Shown: piece after piece, positions 36,774-46,826 of the stretch
Position numbering within the stretch: the first letter of the stretch is position 1
Layout: every line of letters starts with the position of its first letter
NCBI GenBank assembly: GCA_964530945.1
Contig: CAZHCJ010000001.1
Coordinates: 66,140-130,139 of the forward strand
DNA: 64,000 nucleotides
Reading direction: 5' to 3'
Source of the DNA: Candidatus Woesearchaeota archaeon
GTDB taxonomy: Archaea > Nanobdellota > Nanobdellia > Pacearchaeales > GW2011-AR1
Position numbers and translations under genes: made by a program
The notes under the pieces: model-generated
The model's input: the letters and a program-made list of their open reading frames with translations, nothing else
Database searches by the model: none
What the model was told of the DNA's origin: nothing

Positions 36774-38948
36774 TTAAATTATGTTTCCCATAACCACGCT
36801 TGTCAGTAAAAACAATGCAAGGGTTGAAACCAAACTCGTTATGAAGAACAAAAGAATCCCTTTGAAAAGATTGCTTCCTGTTTTATTTGTTTTTTGAAGT
36901 TTATCTTCTCCCGAATCAATAACAACTAGTGCGTTAGTTAAAATAAAAATTATTTGGATTAAATAAATTCCAATAATCATTTGAAGATAATACGGAGCAA
37001 TCATTGCACTTACATCAAAAATATTCACTACATTCCCTAAATTTCCTGCTAAATCTTGTCCTTGAAAATCAGAAAGTTTTAACCTCGTTAAAATAGTAGT
37101 AATCATCGCGGCCAAGCCCACCACAACTCCCGAAAGGAGAGGTGCAAGGAAATTCATATTAGACTTCATGTCAGAAATGATGCCTGCAAGCATGTCTCTC
37201 AAACGATTGGTTATTTTGTTTATGTTTTTGACATATTCAGAAATACTCATCAAACTAACTGCGGCAATCTTTAAACCCTTTTTAGAAGACTCGACAAGAA
37301 TTCTCATACTAGTTGAAATAATCTCTGAAGGATAATATTTTATTGCCCCTCTCTTCTCATCAAAAATTGCCGCCTCCAAACTCATCCCCATTTGCCTAAT
37401 GTTGTAATTCACTCTACGGAAAAAATCTTCGGACCTCAATCCTTGAGAACTTTCTGCAACCTTTCCAAAGGCAGCTTCTGGAGGTACCCCGTTTCCAATG
37501 CGGTTTCCTAACTGAAACAAAGAATTGTTAAACTCTTTTTCTAATTGAGTTGTTTTTTTACGTTCTTCAATAATTTCTTTTGTTTTAGCTTTGTAAGATA
37601 ATGAAAAGAAAAGTGCTATTCCCAAAGGAATTAAGAATCCTAAAATCAATGCCCCCATTCCAAATGGTCCTGAAATCTCTGAACCCGTTTGCAAAAATCC
37701 AAAAATATTTGCATCTTCAAAAAACCCAAGTCCCAACTCTGAAAAAGTGTAATCTTTTTCCAAACCAATCATTTCGGGCAAAGGGGTGTAGTGAAATAAA
37801 ATAGGTAACAATCCAATGAGTATCAAAGGTAGGACAATTATCGCTGCGGCAAAGTAAGGTTTCTTGCTTTTATACTTCGGATACAATGGGTTACGTTCTA
37901 AAAGTTTAGACTCTCCATAACCTCCCGGGCGCAAAAACAAAACCTTGTCCATCATATAAAAAACCATAAACGGTATGATTAAATTAAACAAGATGAAAAC
38001 ATGCACTGTAGTTAAAATTCCTCCCAACATTGCAGAAGTTAAAGGTAAGAGTGCCAGCCCAAGAGTTGGCAAAACAACCCCCAACATATAGACATTTGTC
38101 AATGGACTTTTAATATTATGGGTAAATTCAAGCATCTTATCATAAACCCCATCAAGCGCAACTTTCAATGATTTCTCTAATGTGGCTATGCGTCGGGCAT
38201 CATCTGGCTCAAAAAGACTACTTTCAATAAGATGGAATGCTTCAATAAATTCTGGAGAAAAATCTTTCCAAACATCAAGATAATTATCTAGGCTTTCTTT
38301 CAAAGTTGAAAATTTCCCTACCTGGACTTCATAAAAAACTCTTTTGAAATCTAATGCTAAAGGGTAGTCTAAATTTTCTGATGCAAATGCAATTGCGCGT
38401 TCTAAATTAGGTGTGTGCCTCATATAAACGACAACGTACAAAATTGCAGGGACCATTTGGCTACTTGCTTTCAATCGCCAACGATTTGCTAAACGTTGAG
38501 GATAACGATTCATAAAATAAAATAAAAAAACCGAAAAGATGCTCGTTAGCAAAAAAAACAATACCGGGAATGAGGCAAAATCTCCCCTAATCAATGCTAC
38601 CCCTACAGATATAAACATTCCAATAAAAAAAACTGTCAAAAAAGACATCACGCTCAAAGTCAAAGGTTGCCAAGGCTCCAAATCAAGATGTGCTATCTCC
38701 AAACTTTTTTCAACCTTTCTCTTATCCTTTTGAGAAACATTCAATTTTATCAAACTTCCAAGAGATTTACACCAACGTTCATAACGAGAGATATCTGGAG
38801 CCATCTCTTCTTTAAACTTCAAATAAGATTGGCTATACTTGCTTGCGGTAGTGCTTGTCTGAGTAGAAATCCTGCTCTCTATCCTTCCTCCGTACTCTTT
38901 AATTATCTCCTTCACATCTTTATTCTTAAAATTAAAATCCTTTCCCAT
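36774..38948 (-). CDS. type IV pilus/archaellum assembly membrane platform protein (FlaJ/TadC-like)
   Basis: 724-aa polytopic membrane protein located between the ATPase and the pilin genes. Confidence 0.55.
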   Translation of the reverse strand: MGKDFNFKNKDVKEIIKEYGGRIESRISTQTSTTASKYSQSYLKFKEEMAPDISRYERWCKSLGSLIKLNVSQKDKRKVEKSLEIAHLDLEPWQPLTLSVMSFLTVFFIGMFISVGVALIRGDFASFPVLFFLLTSIFSVFLFYFMNRYPQRLANRWRLKASSQMVPAILYVVVYMRHTPNLERAIAFASENLDYPLALDFKRVFYEVQVGKFSTLKESLDNYLDVWKDFSPEFIEAFHLIESSLFEPDDARRIATLEKSLKVALDGVYDKMLEFTHNIKSPLTNVYMLGVVLPTLGLALLPLTSAMLGGILTTVHVFILFNLIIPFMVFYMMDKVLFLRPGGYGESKLLERNPLYPKYKSKKPYFAAAIIVLPLILIGLLPILFHYTPLPEMIGLEKDYTFSELGLGFFEDANIFGFLQTGSEISGPFGMGALILGFLIPLGIALFFSLSYKAKTKEIIEERKKTTQLEKEFNNSLFQLGNRIGNGVPPEAAFGKVAESSQGLRSEDFFRRVNYNIRQMGMSLEAAIFDEKRGAIKYYPSEIISTSMRILVESSKKGLKIAAVSLMSISEYVKNINKITNRLRDMLAGIISDMKSNMNFLAPLLSGVVVGLAAMITTILTRLKLSDFQGQDLAGNLGNVVNIFDVSAMIAPYYLQMIIGIYLIQIIFILTNALVVIDSGEDKLQKTNKTGSNLFKGILLFFITSLVSTLALFLLTSVVMGNII

Positions 38949-39103
38949 ATTTTACGCTCTTTTTACTTAAAAGAAATAGTAAAATCAATTAATAAACTTT
39001 AGGGAGATAAGGGAAAGATTATTTTTATGAAGGAATTTTATTGCTGTTTCTTCAATATGTTCTGCAACATTCCTTTTTTAATCAATATTTTATTTAAAAT
39101 AAT

Positions 39104-41419
39104 CTAAAGCTTCCTCTTTTTTATTTCTTTATTCAACCACTCTTGCCATTTGGAAAAAACCCTGTCGCTTTCAGGCAACCCTGCCTCTTGCCTTACTTCA
39201 TCAGAAATTTTATGGAAAGCATGATTTGAATCTACAGTAAAATCTGCCTCAAGAATTCTATTATTCTTTATCTTTTTTGCTGTATCTACTAGCGCTTGTT
39301 TGATTTTTCCACGAAGCAAAATATTATCATAAACCGCATCCCAATTTCCTGCCCATCCCTTAACATTGGAAGCTATATCCTTCAAAACATCACTGTCTCC
39401 ATTAATCAAATCTTCACTTGCCATCAACTCATCGCGTTCCACATCATATTTCAACAAATCACTAAATCCTTTTTCTTCCACAGGGTCTTCTTTCCAGTGT
39501 TTCCTCACCTCAGAAAGCTGCACAAGACGTTTCCATTGATGTAAGCCATCCGGACTTTTTATTGGATTTGCAACCATGATTATATCTGTAGCTTTAAAAC
39601 TCGTGGCTGGAACATCCAAATCATTGACAACACGATCAAAGACCCCATAAGGACTAGCCCCATGAATCGTTCCTGCGACAACATTTGCCAGAGCCCCCAC
39701 CCTCATAGCCTCATAAAGGGCTTGAGCCTCAACGCTTCTAACCTCTCCAATTATTAAACTAGAATCTCCCAAACGTAAACTCGTGCGTATTCCTTCATCC
39801 GCAGAAACCTCATTACCCGTTTTAAGTAATGCAGAGCGAACCTTCATTCTTAAAATATCATATCTTAATTTTCTCAGGGATTCTACAGGCAACTCCAAAG
39901 AATCCTCTATGACGATTATCCTATATTTAGGAATTATTTCGAGCATTAAACTTCCAAGCAAACTAGTCTTTCCTGAGGAGCGAGTACCTGCCACGAGCAA
40001 TGTTCGAGAACCGTCTACCAAAAAACTCAGCAAACCCGCAGTAAAAGAATTAATCATTTTATTTTGAACAAACAACGGCAATGTCCAAGGCTCTTCCCTA
40101 TGCCTCCTAATCGCATAAGATAATCCATCTGGACTCAAAGGCTGCTGAATTATCGCTATTCTAGCACGAAGATTTTCAATTTCTAATTGAGTATCTAAAA
40201 TAGGATTTGCTTCATCCAACGGTCTCCCTGAAATCAAACGAAACTTTGCTGCCCAAGAATCTGCATCTTCCTGGCTTGGAATTATATTCGTTAAACACTC
40301 ATCGTATTTTTGATGGCGCACAAAAATAGGAGTTTTTGAGATAGGTGCATTCAAAGAAATATCTTGTAAATTTTTATCTTGTAATAAAACTTCAATCAAT
40401 CCAAAACCAATAGTATGCCTAACCAAAATTGTTGCAAGCTTATTCACTTTTTTATAATCCAAAGAAACTCCTTTGCTATTCGCTAAATCCTGAACTAAGT
40501 CTTTAGAAATATTAAAAAAAACTTGTCTCGTTCGTTCTGTATCTGTCATTTCTTCTGCTTTAGGTTGATGTTCAATCAAAACACGGCGCGCTAGATTTAA
40601 TATCTCGCTTTCTTTGTCTTCCAAATTTTTCTCTGGAGGTGAAAGATGATAGGATAATTTAGGTTCATCTTTTTCCCTCATCAAGGTAACTAAAGAAACA
40701 TCATATTCGTTATTCTTTATCTCATATTGATCGACTATTTCTGCTTCTTCGGGCAAATCAGAAACAAGCCTTGTGAATGTGAATGTGGGTATAACATCAG
40801 GCTTGAAGAGTTTGTGATAAATTTCTCTGCTCCCTTTCTTATATCCTTCCAAATAAGGCATTGCTTTTTTGATCAAAAGAGTATTTTCCAAATGACCACG
40901 AATTTTTTCCAATAGAGAAATATAGCCCGTTTGTTCGCTTCTCTCATTAGGCAAAAGTTTGTCCATCAAAATTCTAGCTTCTATCAAAAGTTTTTTTGTC
41001 TCCGCGTATGCCGCAACAGGGTCTCTCTTAAGCATAAGTAAAAATGAAAAAAGATTATTATACCTCATGGCAAAAAATCTTTCATTTGTTTTTGCGAGTT
41101 TCTCTTTAGATAAGACTTCTTCCTGCTTGTACAAATAAACATAAAGCTGCGAGATTTCTAAAAGCATATTTGTCTCCTCAGAATCATAATTATAATCTCT
41201 TTGTTGGGAAAAAATAATCCTTGAGACATTAGGATTTTCTATCAATAAATCGATGGCGTTTTCCATTACTCGGGAATAATCTGCGATGCTGGGGACAAAC
41301 GAAGCATTTTCATAATCCACATAAAGCACATCCTCTCCTCCTTTTCTCCTAACCTCATAATTAGGACTTTGAGATGCCCTTTGATTTTCTGGGTTGCTTT
41401 CATCTTGATTGCTTGCCAT
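39104..41419 (-). CDS. type II/IV secretion-system ATPase (FlaI/TadA/VirB11-like)
   Basis: Walker A LVAGTRSSGKTSLL, Asp box IIVIEDSLEL, His box region; long N-terminal domain. Confidence 0.8.
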   Translation of the reverse strand: MASNQDESNPENQRASQSPNYEVRRKGGEDVLYVDYENASFVPSIADYSRVMENAIDLLIENPNVSRIIFSQQRDYNYDSEETNMLLEISQLYVYLYKQEEVLSKEKLAKTNERFFAMRYNNLFSFLLMLKRDPVAAYAETKKLLIEARILMDKLLPNERSEQTGYISLLEKIRGHLENTLLIKKAMPYLEGYKKGSREIYHKLFKPDVIPTFTFTRLVSDLPEEAEIVDQYEIKNNEYDVSLVTLMREKDEPKLSYHLSPPEKNLEDKESEILNLARRVLIEHQPKAEEMTDTERTRQVFFNISKDLVQDLANSKGVSLDYKKVNKLATILVRHTIGFGLIEVLLQDKNLQDISLNAPISKTPIFVRHQKYDECLTNIIPSQEDADSWAAKFRLISGRPLDEANPILDTQLEIENLRARIAIIQQPLSPDGLSYAIRRHREEPWTLPLFVQNKMINSFTAGLLSFLVDGSRTLLVAGTRSSGKTSLLGSLMLEIIPKYRIIVIEDSLELPVESLRKLRYDILRMKVRSALLKTGNEVSADEGIRTSLRLGDSSLIIGEVRSVEAQALYEAMRVGALANVVAGTIHGASPYGVFDRVVNDLDVPATSFKATDIIMVANPIKSPDGLHQWKRLVQLSEVRKHWKEDPVEEKGFSDLLKYDVERDELMASEDLINGDSDVLKDIASNVKGWAGNWDAVYDNILLRGKIKQALVDTAKKIKNNRILEADFTVDSNHAFHKISDEVRQEAGLPESDRVFSKWQEWLNKEIKKRKL

Positions 41420-41498
41420 ACTTCAAAAAACGCCTGCAAAGTTTAAATTATTTTGTATTAATCACAACAATTTTAAACCGAATTCTCTTTTGTTTAAT

Positions 41499-41837
41499 AT
41501 GGCAAATAATAACTATGAAGACTCTTTTGTAGATTTCTCCAATGATTTGAACTTAAGATTAAGGGATTTGGAAGAAAAGCAAAGATTGCTCAAAGAACGT
41601 CTTTTACTCATTGGGCAAAACATGATTGACCTCAGAGAAAAATCAAACGAAGAGATGATTGAGATGAGAAAAATAATTGAGACTCTAAAAAACAACATGA
41701 ACCAGTTAGTTTCGTTTTTAGAGAGCGCGTCTTCTGAATTTTCTAAATTTGCTAAAAAAGAAGACCTGGAAATTTTGGCCAAGCAAGCAAGGATGTTTCA
41801 ACCACTTGAAATCGTTAAAAAAGATTTAAAAAAATAA
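41499..41837 (+). CDS. small coiled-coil protein
   Basis: 113 aa from the internal Met (MANNNYEDS...); heptad-rich. Confidence 0.4.
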   Translation: MANNNYEDSFVDFSNDLNLRLRDLEEKQRLLKERLLLIGQNMIDLREKSNEEMIEMRKIIETLKNNMNQLVSFLESASSEFSKFAKKEDLEILAKQARMFQPLEIVKKDLKK

Positions 41838-41868
41838 ACAACATATAAAAACATAGGAAAAACAAAAA

Positions 41869-42714
41869 ATGAGTGTTCTAGATCAAGTAAATGATATGCA
41901 AAAAAGTGGTGTTTCAGAAAGAAAAATCATGGAGAATCTCCAAGAACAAGGCGTCTCTCCAAAAGAAATAAAAGACGCTTTAAGTCAGAGCCAAATAAAG
42001 AATGCTATTTCAGGAGGAAATCAAAACACACAAGAAAATCCTCGTAATGCCCAACAATCTAAAAGAGAATCTTACGAAAACGAATTAAACGTTCCTTCAC
42101 CCTCAAAAAACAACCTTCAAACAAACAAATTCTCTCCTCAAACTCAAGACATCTCTCAGCTTCAACAAAACCAATCACAAGGAAATTACCCTCCTTCATC
42201 TCAGCCACAATATTCAAACACTGGAAATTATGGGGGTTACGCCCAACAAGAATATGACGAAAATCAATATACCGGCTACGAAGACCAAGGTTATTATGAT
42301 AATTACGGAAGCTATGACAACCAAGGATATGGAAGTTATACGGATACAGATACCATGATAGAAATATCGGAACAAGTTTTTGCAGAGAAACTCAAACCTC
42401 ATTTAAAAAAACTAGAGGAAAATTCCAAATTCAAATCTCTTACTGAAACCAAAATAGACAACATCTCTGCCAGATTAGAACGATTAGAATCCCAAATAGA
42501 TAAACTCCAATCAGCTATTCTTGAAAAAGTAGGGGGCTATGGCAGGGGACTAGAAAACGTGAAAAAAGAAATGAAAATGGTTGAAGAAAGTTTTTCTAAA
42601 ATGGCTGCGGGATTACAGGGAAAAACAAAAAAGACAAGCACTAGAAAAAGTAAGACAAAATCTAAAACGAAAAACAAAAAATCTTCCTCTAAAAAACACA
42701 AAAAGAAAAGATAA
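41869..42714 (+). CDS. protein with Q/N/Y/G-rich low-complexity core, coiled-coil C-terminus and Lys/Ser-rich tail
   Basis: 281-aa ORF with a ~110-aa Q/N/Y-rich segment (QQNQSQGNYPPSSQPQYSNTGNYGGYAQQEYDENQYTGYEDQGYYDNYGSYDNQGYGSY). Confidence 0.5.
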   Translation: MSVLDQVNDMQKSGVSERKIMENLQEQGVSPKEIKDALSQSQIKNAISGGNQNTQENPRNAQQSKRESYENELNVPSPSKNNLQTNKFSPQTQDISQLQQNQSQGNYPPSSQPQYSNTGNYGGYAQQEYDENQYTGYEDQGYYDNYGSYDNQGYGSYTDTDTMIEISEQVFAEKLKPHLKKLEENSKFKSLTETKIDNISARLERLESQIDKLQSAILEKVGGYGRGLENVKKEMKMVEESFSKMAAGLQGKTKKTSTRKSKTKSKTKNKKSSSKKHKKKR

Positions 42715-42727
42715 CTTTGATTCTTGA

Positions 42728-43330
42728 TTAATTTCCTTTTAATGCCCTAACCAAGATACTCTCTGGAGCATTCTTTGACGTCTTTTCTTTTCCGGCCGCA
42801 ACGACAATTCCTATTATCGCAACTAAAGCAACCCAAGACAACCACACTGTCCAGTTCCACCCCAAACCCCCTAAACCAGGAAGATATGAATATATCCCTA
42901 AAGAATTTGCAGTAAGAATCAGGGCAATGATTATTATTGCTGCCCCAAGAGCATATGTAGAATACATCATCCACCTACTGTTTGGGTCTGCAAACATGCT
43001 TGTAAAGATTAAGAAAAGTAAAAGAATTGCTAAACCGACACCTGCTCTAGGAAAAACCTCTGCAAAAAATCTAGGCACAAAGTTAAACTGCAATGCTAAA
43101 AGTGACACAGATAAAGCTATAATTGCATTAATAATCCTTCCAGTTGAATCCTCTTTTCCTCCAAAAAGTTTCACTTGAATCATCACTCCATAAATTAGAG
43201 CAAAAAGAAGTAAGAAAGGTAACATATAACTGAAAACTCCTGCCTGTTCCCAAGCTGCTAAAACGGTTCCAATAGTCCCTCCATAGTACCCTCCAACAAA
43301 TTGTAAGAATACACCTCCTATTAAATCCAT
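42728..43330 (-). CDS. membrane protein, paralog of 43386-43898
   Basis: Shares LPFLL.F..IYG, FG.G, NA.IA and W.W...L..V..IG.VVA.GKE segments with its neighbour. Confidence 0.5.
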   Translation of the reverse strand: MDLIGGVFLQFVGGYYGGTIGTVLAAWEQAGVFSYMLPFLLLFALIYGVMIQVKLFGGKEDSTGRIINAIIALSVSLLALQFNFVPRFFAEVFPRAGVGLAILLLFLIFTSMFADPNSRWMMYSTYALGAAIIIIALILTANSLGIYSYLPGLGGLGWNWTVWLSWVALVAIIGIVVAAGKEKTSKNAPESILVRALKGN

Positions 43331-43385
43331 ACTAGTAAGGAGAAAGAAATATTTATAAATTTATGGATAAAAGAATTCACTATTT

Positions 43386-43898
43386 TCAGCTTTCTTTCTT
43401 CCCACTAACCAAGACAGCGACCAAAGCTCCAATCACGACTAATATAAATAAAACATTTGTCCAAAACTCTCCACTCCAACTCTGGTCGAAAAGAGTGTTT
43501 TTTATAGTATCCCACCACGGATTCCAAAGATCTAGAATTGACAACAAAGCAATAACAACTGCGACAACAATGACAATCCCTGCAATTATTTTCAAAGCCT
43601 TACTATCTGGAAGTTTAGCTTCTTCTCCTGAAACAAATCCCCATAATAACAAGGCGATAAATAAAACCACTATCGCTACTGTAAAAAACAAAATAAGGTT
43701 GCTAACAACAAGTTTTGGAGATGCCGCTCCAACAAAAATCAGGCCCACAACGAAAGCGATAAATGCGTTCAGTTGCTTGTTCCCTTCCCCAAACGCTTTT
43801 GTTTTTTCAAGAATTCCGTAAAGAATAAAGAAAATAAGCAAAAAAGGCAAAACAAATCTTACGGCAATATCACTTTGTAAAATCGTTTCTGTTGCCAT
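43386..43898 (-). CDS. membrane protein, paralog of 42728-43330
   Basis: As above; 170 aa, 4-5 TM helices. Confidence 0.5.
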   Translation of the reverse strand: MATETILQSDIAVRFVLPFLLIFFILYGILEKTKAFGEGNKQLNAFIAFVVGLIFVGAASPKLVVSNLILFFTVAIVVLFIALLLWGFVSGEEAKLPDSKALKIIAGIVIVVAVVIALLSILDLWNPWWDTIKNTLFDQSWSGEFWTNVLFILVVIGALVAVLVSGKKES

Positions 43899-43906
43899 TT
43901 TAAATA

Positions 43907-44191
43907 TTAAACTAAATCTTCTGCAGGGACCTCTTCAAAATCGCCAGGCTCTTGACTAGGAAGTGCAGATTTATTAATTATAAAGATATCACTGATTGCC
44001 CTTACAAACTGGTGAGGGATAATAACTCCGCGCGCGCCTCCAATCAAAGAGATGACACTTCCACCCACTTTTATCCTCCATCCATCTATTTTATTTTCTT
44101 GTAAATTTGCTTCTTCTACTTCTCCGAAATAATCTCCTGAATCTGTATAAACTTTCGTTCCAACAACTTCGCTAATCTTTTTTATACGCAT
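43907..44191 (-). CDS. PRC-barrel domain protein
   Basis: 94 aa with GTKVYTDSGDYFGEVEEANL...GW.IKV pattern. Confidence 0.55.
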   Translation of the reverse strand: MRIKKISEVVGTKVYTDSGDYFGEVEEANLQENKIDGWRIKVGGSVISLIGGARGVIIPHQFVRAISDIFIINKSALPSQEPGDFEEVPAEDLV

Positions 44192-44331
44192 AACAAAGCT
44201 TACTCGAGATTATTTAAATACTTTTCCATAATAAAACATAATTGTCTTGTTTCTCAAACCAGAAAATTATCTCTTTCTTGCCTATTTTCAATCACAATAA
44301 GGTTTATAAAAAATTTACTCCTCCATGAAAC

Positions 44332-44958
44332 ATGATAAATCAAAAAGAATTCTTACTTATAATACTCGTAACAATAATCCTTTCCGTATCTTTAAGCTTT
44401 CTCAAATCAATTGACTATTTTTTACTGATCTTGCTTCCTGTTTTCTTCGTGATTTTGATAAACATTCTCGCAAAAAAAGTTTCTTCCTACTATCTTGATT
44501 CAGAAATTGAAACCAATGTTTGGAGCTTCAAACACTATGGGTTTCACCCAAAAAACCATTTCAAGAAAGCCTTTCCTGCAGGTGTTTTCCTTCCCTTAAT
44601 TTTTTCTGTCCTGACGTTAGGAAATATTGTTTGGCTCGCCTCTTTTGTTTTTGAAGTGAAACCAAAAGTATATCGTGCTGCTCGACGCCACGGGCTGTAC
44701 AAATTCTCTGAAATGACCGAAAACCACATAGGGTTGATTGCTGCAGCGGGAATCTTCGCAAATTTATTTTTTGCAATCATTGGTTACTTTATTGGCTTTG
44801 AAAATTTTGCCATGTTAAACCTTGGTTATGCCTTTTTCAACATCCTGCCTCTGTCGGATTTGGATGGGAATAAAATTTTCTTTGGGAATTTGGCTCTTTG
44901 GAGTCTTCTCGCTACAATCACTCTTATAGGATTGGGCGCAGCACTCATTTTGGTCTAG
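44332..44958 (+). CDS. membrane protein with site-2-protease-like NxLPxxxLDG motif but no HExxH
   Basis: FNILPLSDLDGNKIF resembles the M50 third motif; no zinc-binding HExxH found. Confidence 0.4.
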   Translation: MINQKEFLLIILVTIILSVSLSFLKSIDYFLLILLPVFFVILINILAKKVSSYYLDSEIETNVWSFKHYGFHPKNHFKKAFPAGVFLPLIFSVLTLGNIVWLASFVFEVKPKVYRAARRHGLYKFSEMTENHIGLIAAAGIFANLFFAIIGYFIGFENFAMLNLGYAFFNILPLSDLDGNKIFFGNLALWSLLATITLIGLGAALILV

Positions 44959-45003
44959 CCAGAATTAGGTAAAACATTTAAATGACACACGCTTTTATCC
45001 AAC

Positions 45004-45222
45004 ATGGGCAAAAATTCAAACAAAAGCTTTTTGAAAAACAAAAAATTTACTTTTGCATTAGGTGTTCTTTCTGCAGTAATTGGATTCTTTTTCTTAGATA
45101 TTAATCTAACCGGAAACACCATCTCTACTCAATCTTATGGCATCAATCTCATTTCATTAATAGGTGTCTTACTTTTCTTTTGCGCAGGAATTCTCTTCTT
45201 TTATAGCCTAAAAAAGGCTTAA
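45004..45222 (+). CDS. small two-helix membrane protein
   Basis: 72-aa ORF; weak evidence. Confidence 0.3.
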   Translation: MGKNSNKSFLKNKKFTFALGVLSAVIGFFFLDINLTGNTISTQSYGINLISLIGVLLFFCAGILFFYSLKKA

Positions 45223-45248
45223 ATTATAATCGAATCAAATTAATTGAA

Positions 45249-46826
45249 ATGGAATTTTTACAAAATATCGCTCCAAGAGAATATCAAAAAAAGATATTTG
45301 AAACTTGCAAGGAAAAAAACTGTCTTGTAGTTCTACCCACAGGTTTAGGAAAAACCCTCATAGCCCTAATGTTAACAATCTATCGTATGAAGGAATTTCC
45401 TGGAGAAAAAGTCCTTTTCCTGGCCCCCACTCGTCCTTTGGCAGAACAACATCTCGAATCTTTTAAAGATAAATTACCTGAGCTTTTTGCCGGAATTGAG
45501 ATTTTCACTGGCTCAATAAAACCAAAAGAAAGAAAATCCATATGGAAAAAAGCAGACATTATTTTCTCAACCCCGCAGTGCATAGCAAACGATGTCAAAA
45601 AAAACCTTTACACCTTAGAAAATGTCTGCTTGCTTGTTGAAGATGAAGCACATAGATGCATCAAAAATTATGCTTATAATTACGTCGCTCAAACATATAA
45701 ACGTCAAGCAAAAAACAAACGCATTCTTGGACTTACTGCTTCGCCCGGAAGCAATCCTGAGAAAGTGAAAAACATCTGTAGGAACCTTTCCATAGAAGCT
45801 GTTGAACTGCGCACAAGAGAGAGTCTTGATGTGAAACAATACCTTCAAGAATTAGAATTTGAAAAAATAAAGGTCAAACTTCCTGCAACTTTTGTTGAAA
45901 TCCAAGTTGCTCTAAAAGAGCTTTTTGACGAATACATTAAAGAGTTAAAAAACCGCAAACTTCTTCACGGTCCGACTTCAAAAACTAATCTTATTCGTTT
46001 GCAAAAATCTCTTGGATTCAAAGTCTCACAAGGAAAACGTCATTGGAATATTCTTGCAGGCTTAGGGGCCTGCGCCCAAGCAATAAAGATCCAACACGCA
46101 CTCGAGTTGATTGAAACACAAACACTCGAAAGTTTCCACACTTATTTGAAAAAGCTATTCAATGAGGCCTCTCAAGGAAAAAGCAAATCTGTACAGCGTT
46201 TAGTGGCCAAACCAAAATTTAATTTTGCTTTCACCCAAACACAAGAACTCTTATCTAAAAACATAGAACATCCTAAAATAAATGAACTGATAAACATAAT
46301 TGAAAAAGAAAAAAACATAAACAAAAAAGGAAAACTCAAGGCGATAGTTTTTACACAGTATAGAGAAACCGCGCGACTCATTTCTCAGAATATTAATGAC
46401 ATAAAAAACATCAAATCAAAAGTTTTTGTTGGGCAAGCGATAAAAAAGCATGGAAAAGACAGGGTTTCAGGATTGAGCCAAAAAGAGCAAAAAAGAATCT
46501 TAAGAGATTTTTCGGATGACAATATAGATGTGCTTTGCGCCACTTCAATAGGGGAAGAAGGATTGGACATTCCTGAAGTTAACCTCGTGATATTTTATGA
46601 ACCAATCCCTAGCGCGATTCGCGCGATTCAACGTGCAGGCCGTACCGCACGTCTCAATCCCGGAAAACTCATAATGCTCATAACTGAAAAAACTCGTGAT
46701 GAATCTCATTTTTATGTTTCTCAAGCCAAAAGAAAAAAGATGCATTCAACAATAAAATCCATAAAAAGCGACTTGTCAGAAAACAAGGTAAATTTTAAGA
46801 GCTCGGAGCGGCAAAAAACATTATGA
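45249..46826 (+). CDS. Hef/FANCM-like SF2 helicase (helicase half of a split Hef)
   Basis: Motif I LPTGLGKT, motif II DEAHR, motif VI QRAGRTAR. The stop overlaps the next gene's start (ATGA). Confidence 0.8.
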   Translation: MEFLQNIAPREYQKKIFETCKEKNCLVVLPTGLGKTLIALMLTIYRMKEFPGEKVLFLAPTRPLAEQHLESFKDKLPELFAGIEIFTGSIKPKERKSIWKKADIIFSTPQCIANDVKKNLYTLENVCLLVEDEAHRCIKNYAYNYVAQTYKRQAKNKRILGLTASPGSNPEKVKNICRNLSIEAVELRTRESLDVKQYLQELEFEKIKVKLPATFVEIQVALKELFDEYIKELKNRKLLHGPTSKTNLIRLQKSLGFKVSQGKRHWNILAGLGACAQAIKIQHALELIETQTLESFHTYLKKLFNEASQGKSKSVQRLVAKPKFNFAFTQTQELLSKNIEHPKINELINIIEKEKNINKKGKLKAIVFTQYRETARLISQNINDIKNIKSKVFVGQAIKKHGKDRVSGLSQKEQKRILRDFSDDNIDVLCATSIGEEGLDIPEVNLVIFYEPIPSAIRAIQRAGRTARLNPGKLIMLITEKTRDESHFYVSQAKRKKMHSTIKSIKSDLSENKVNFKSSERQKTL

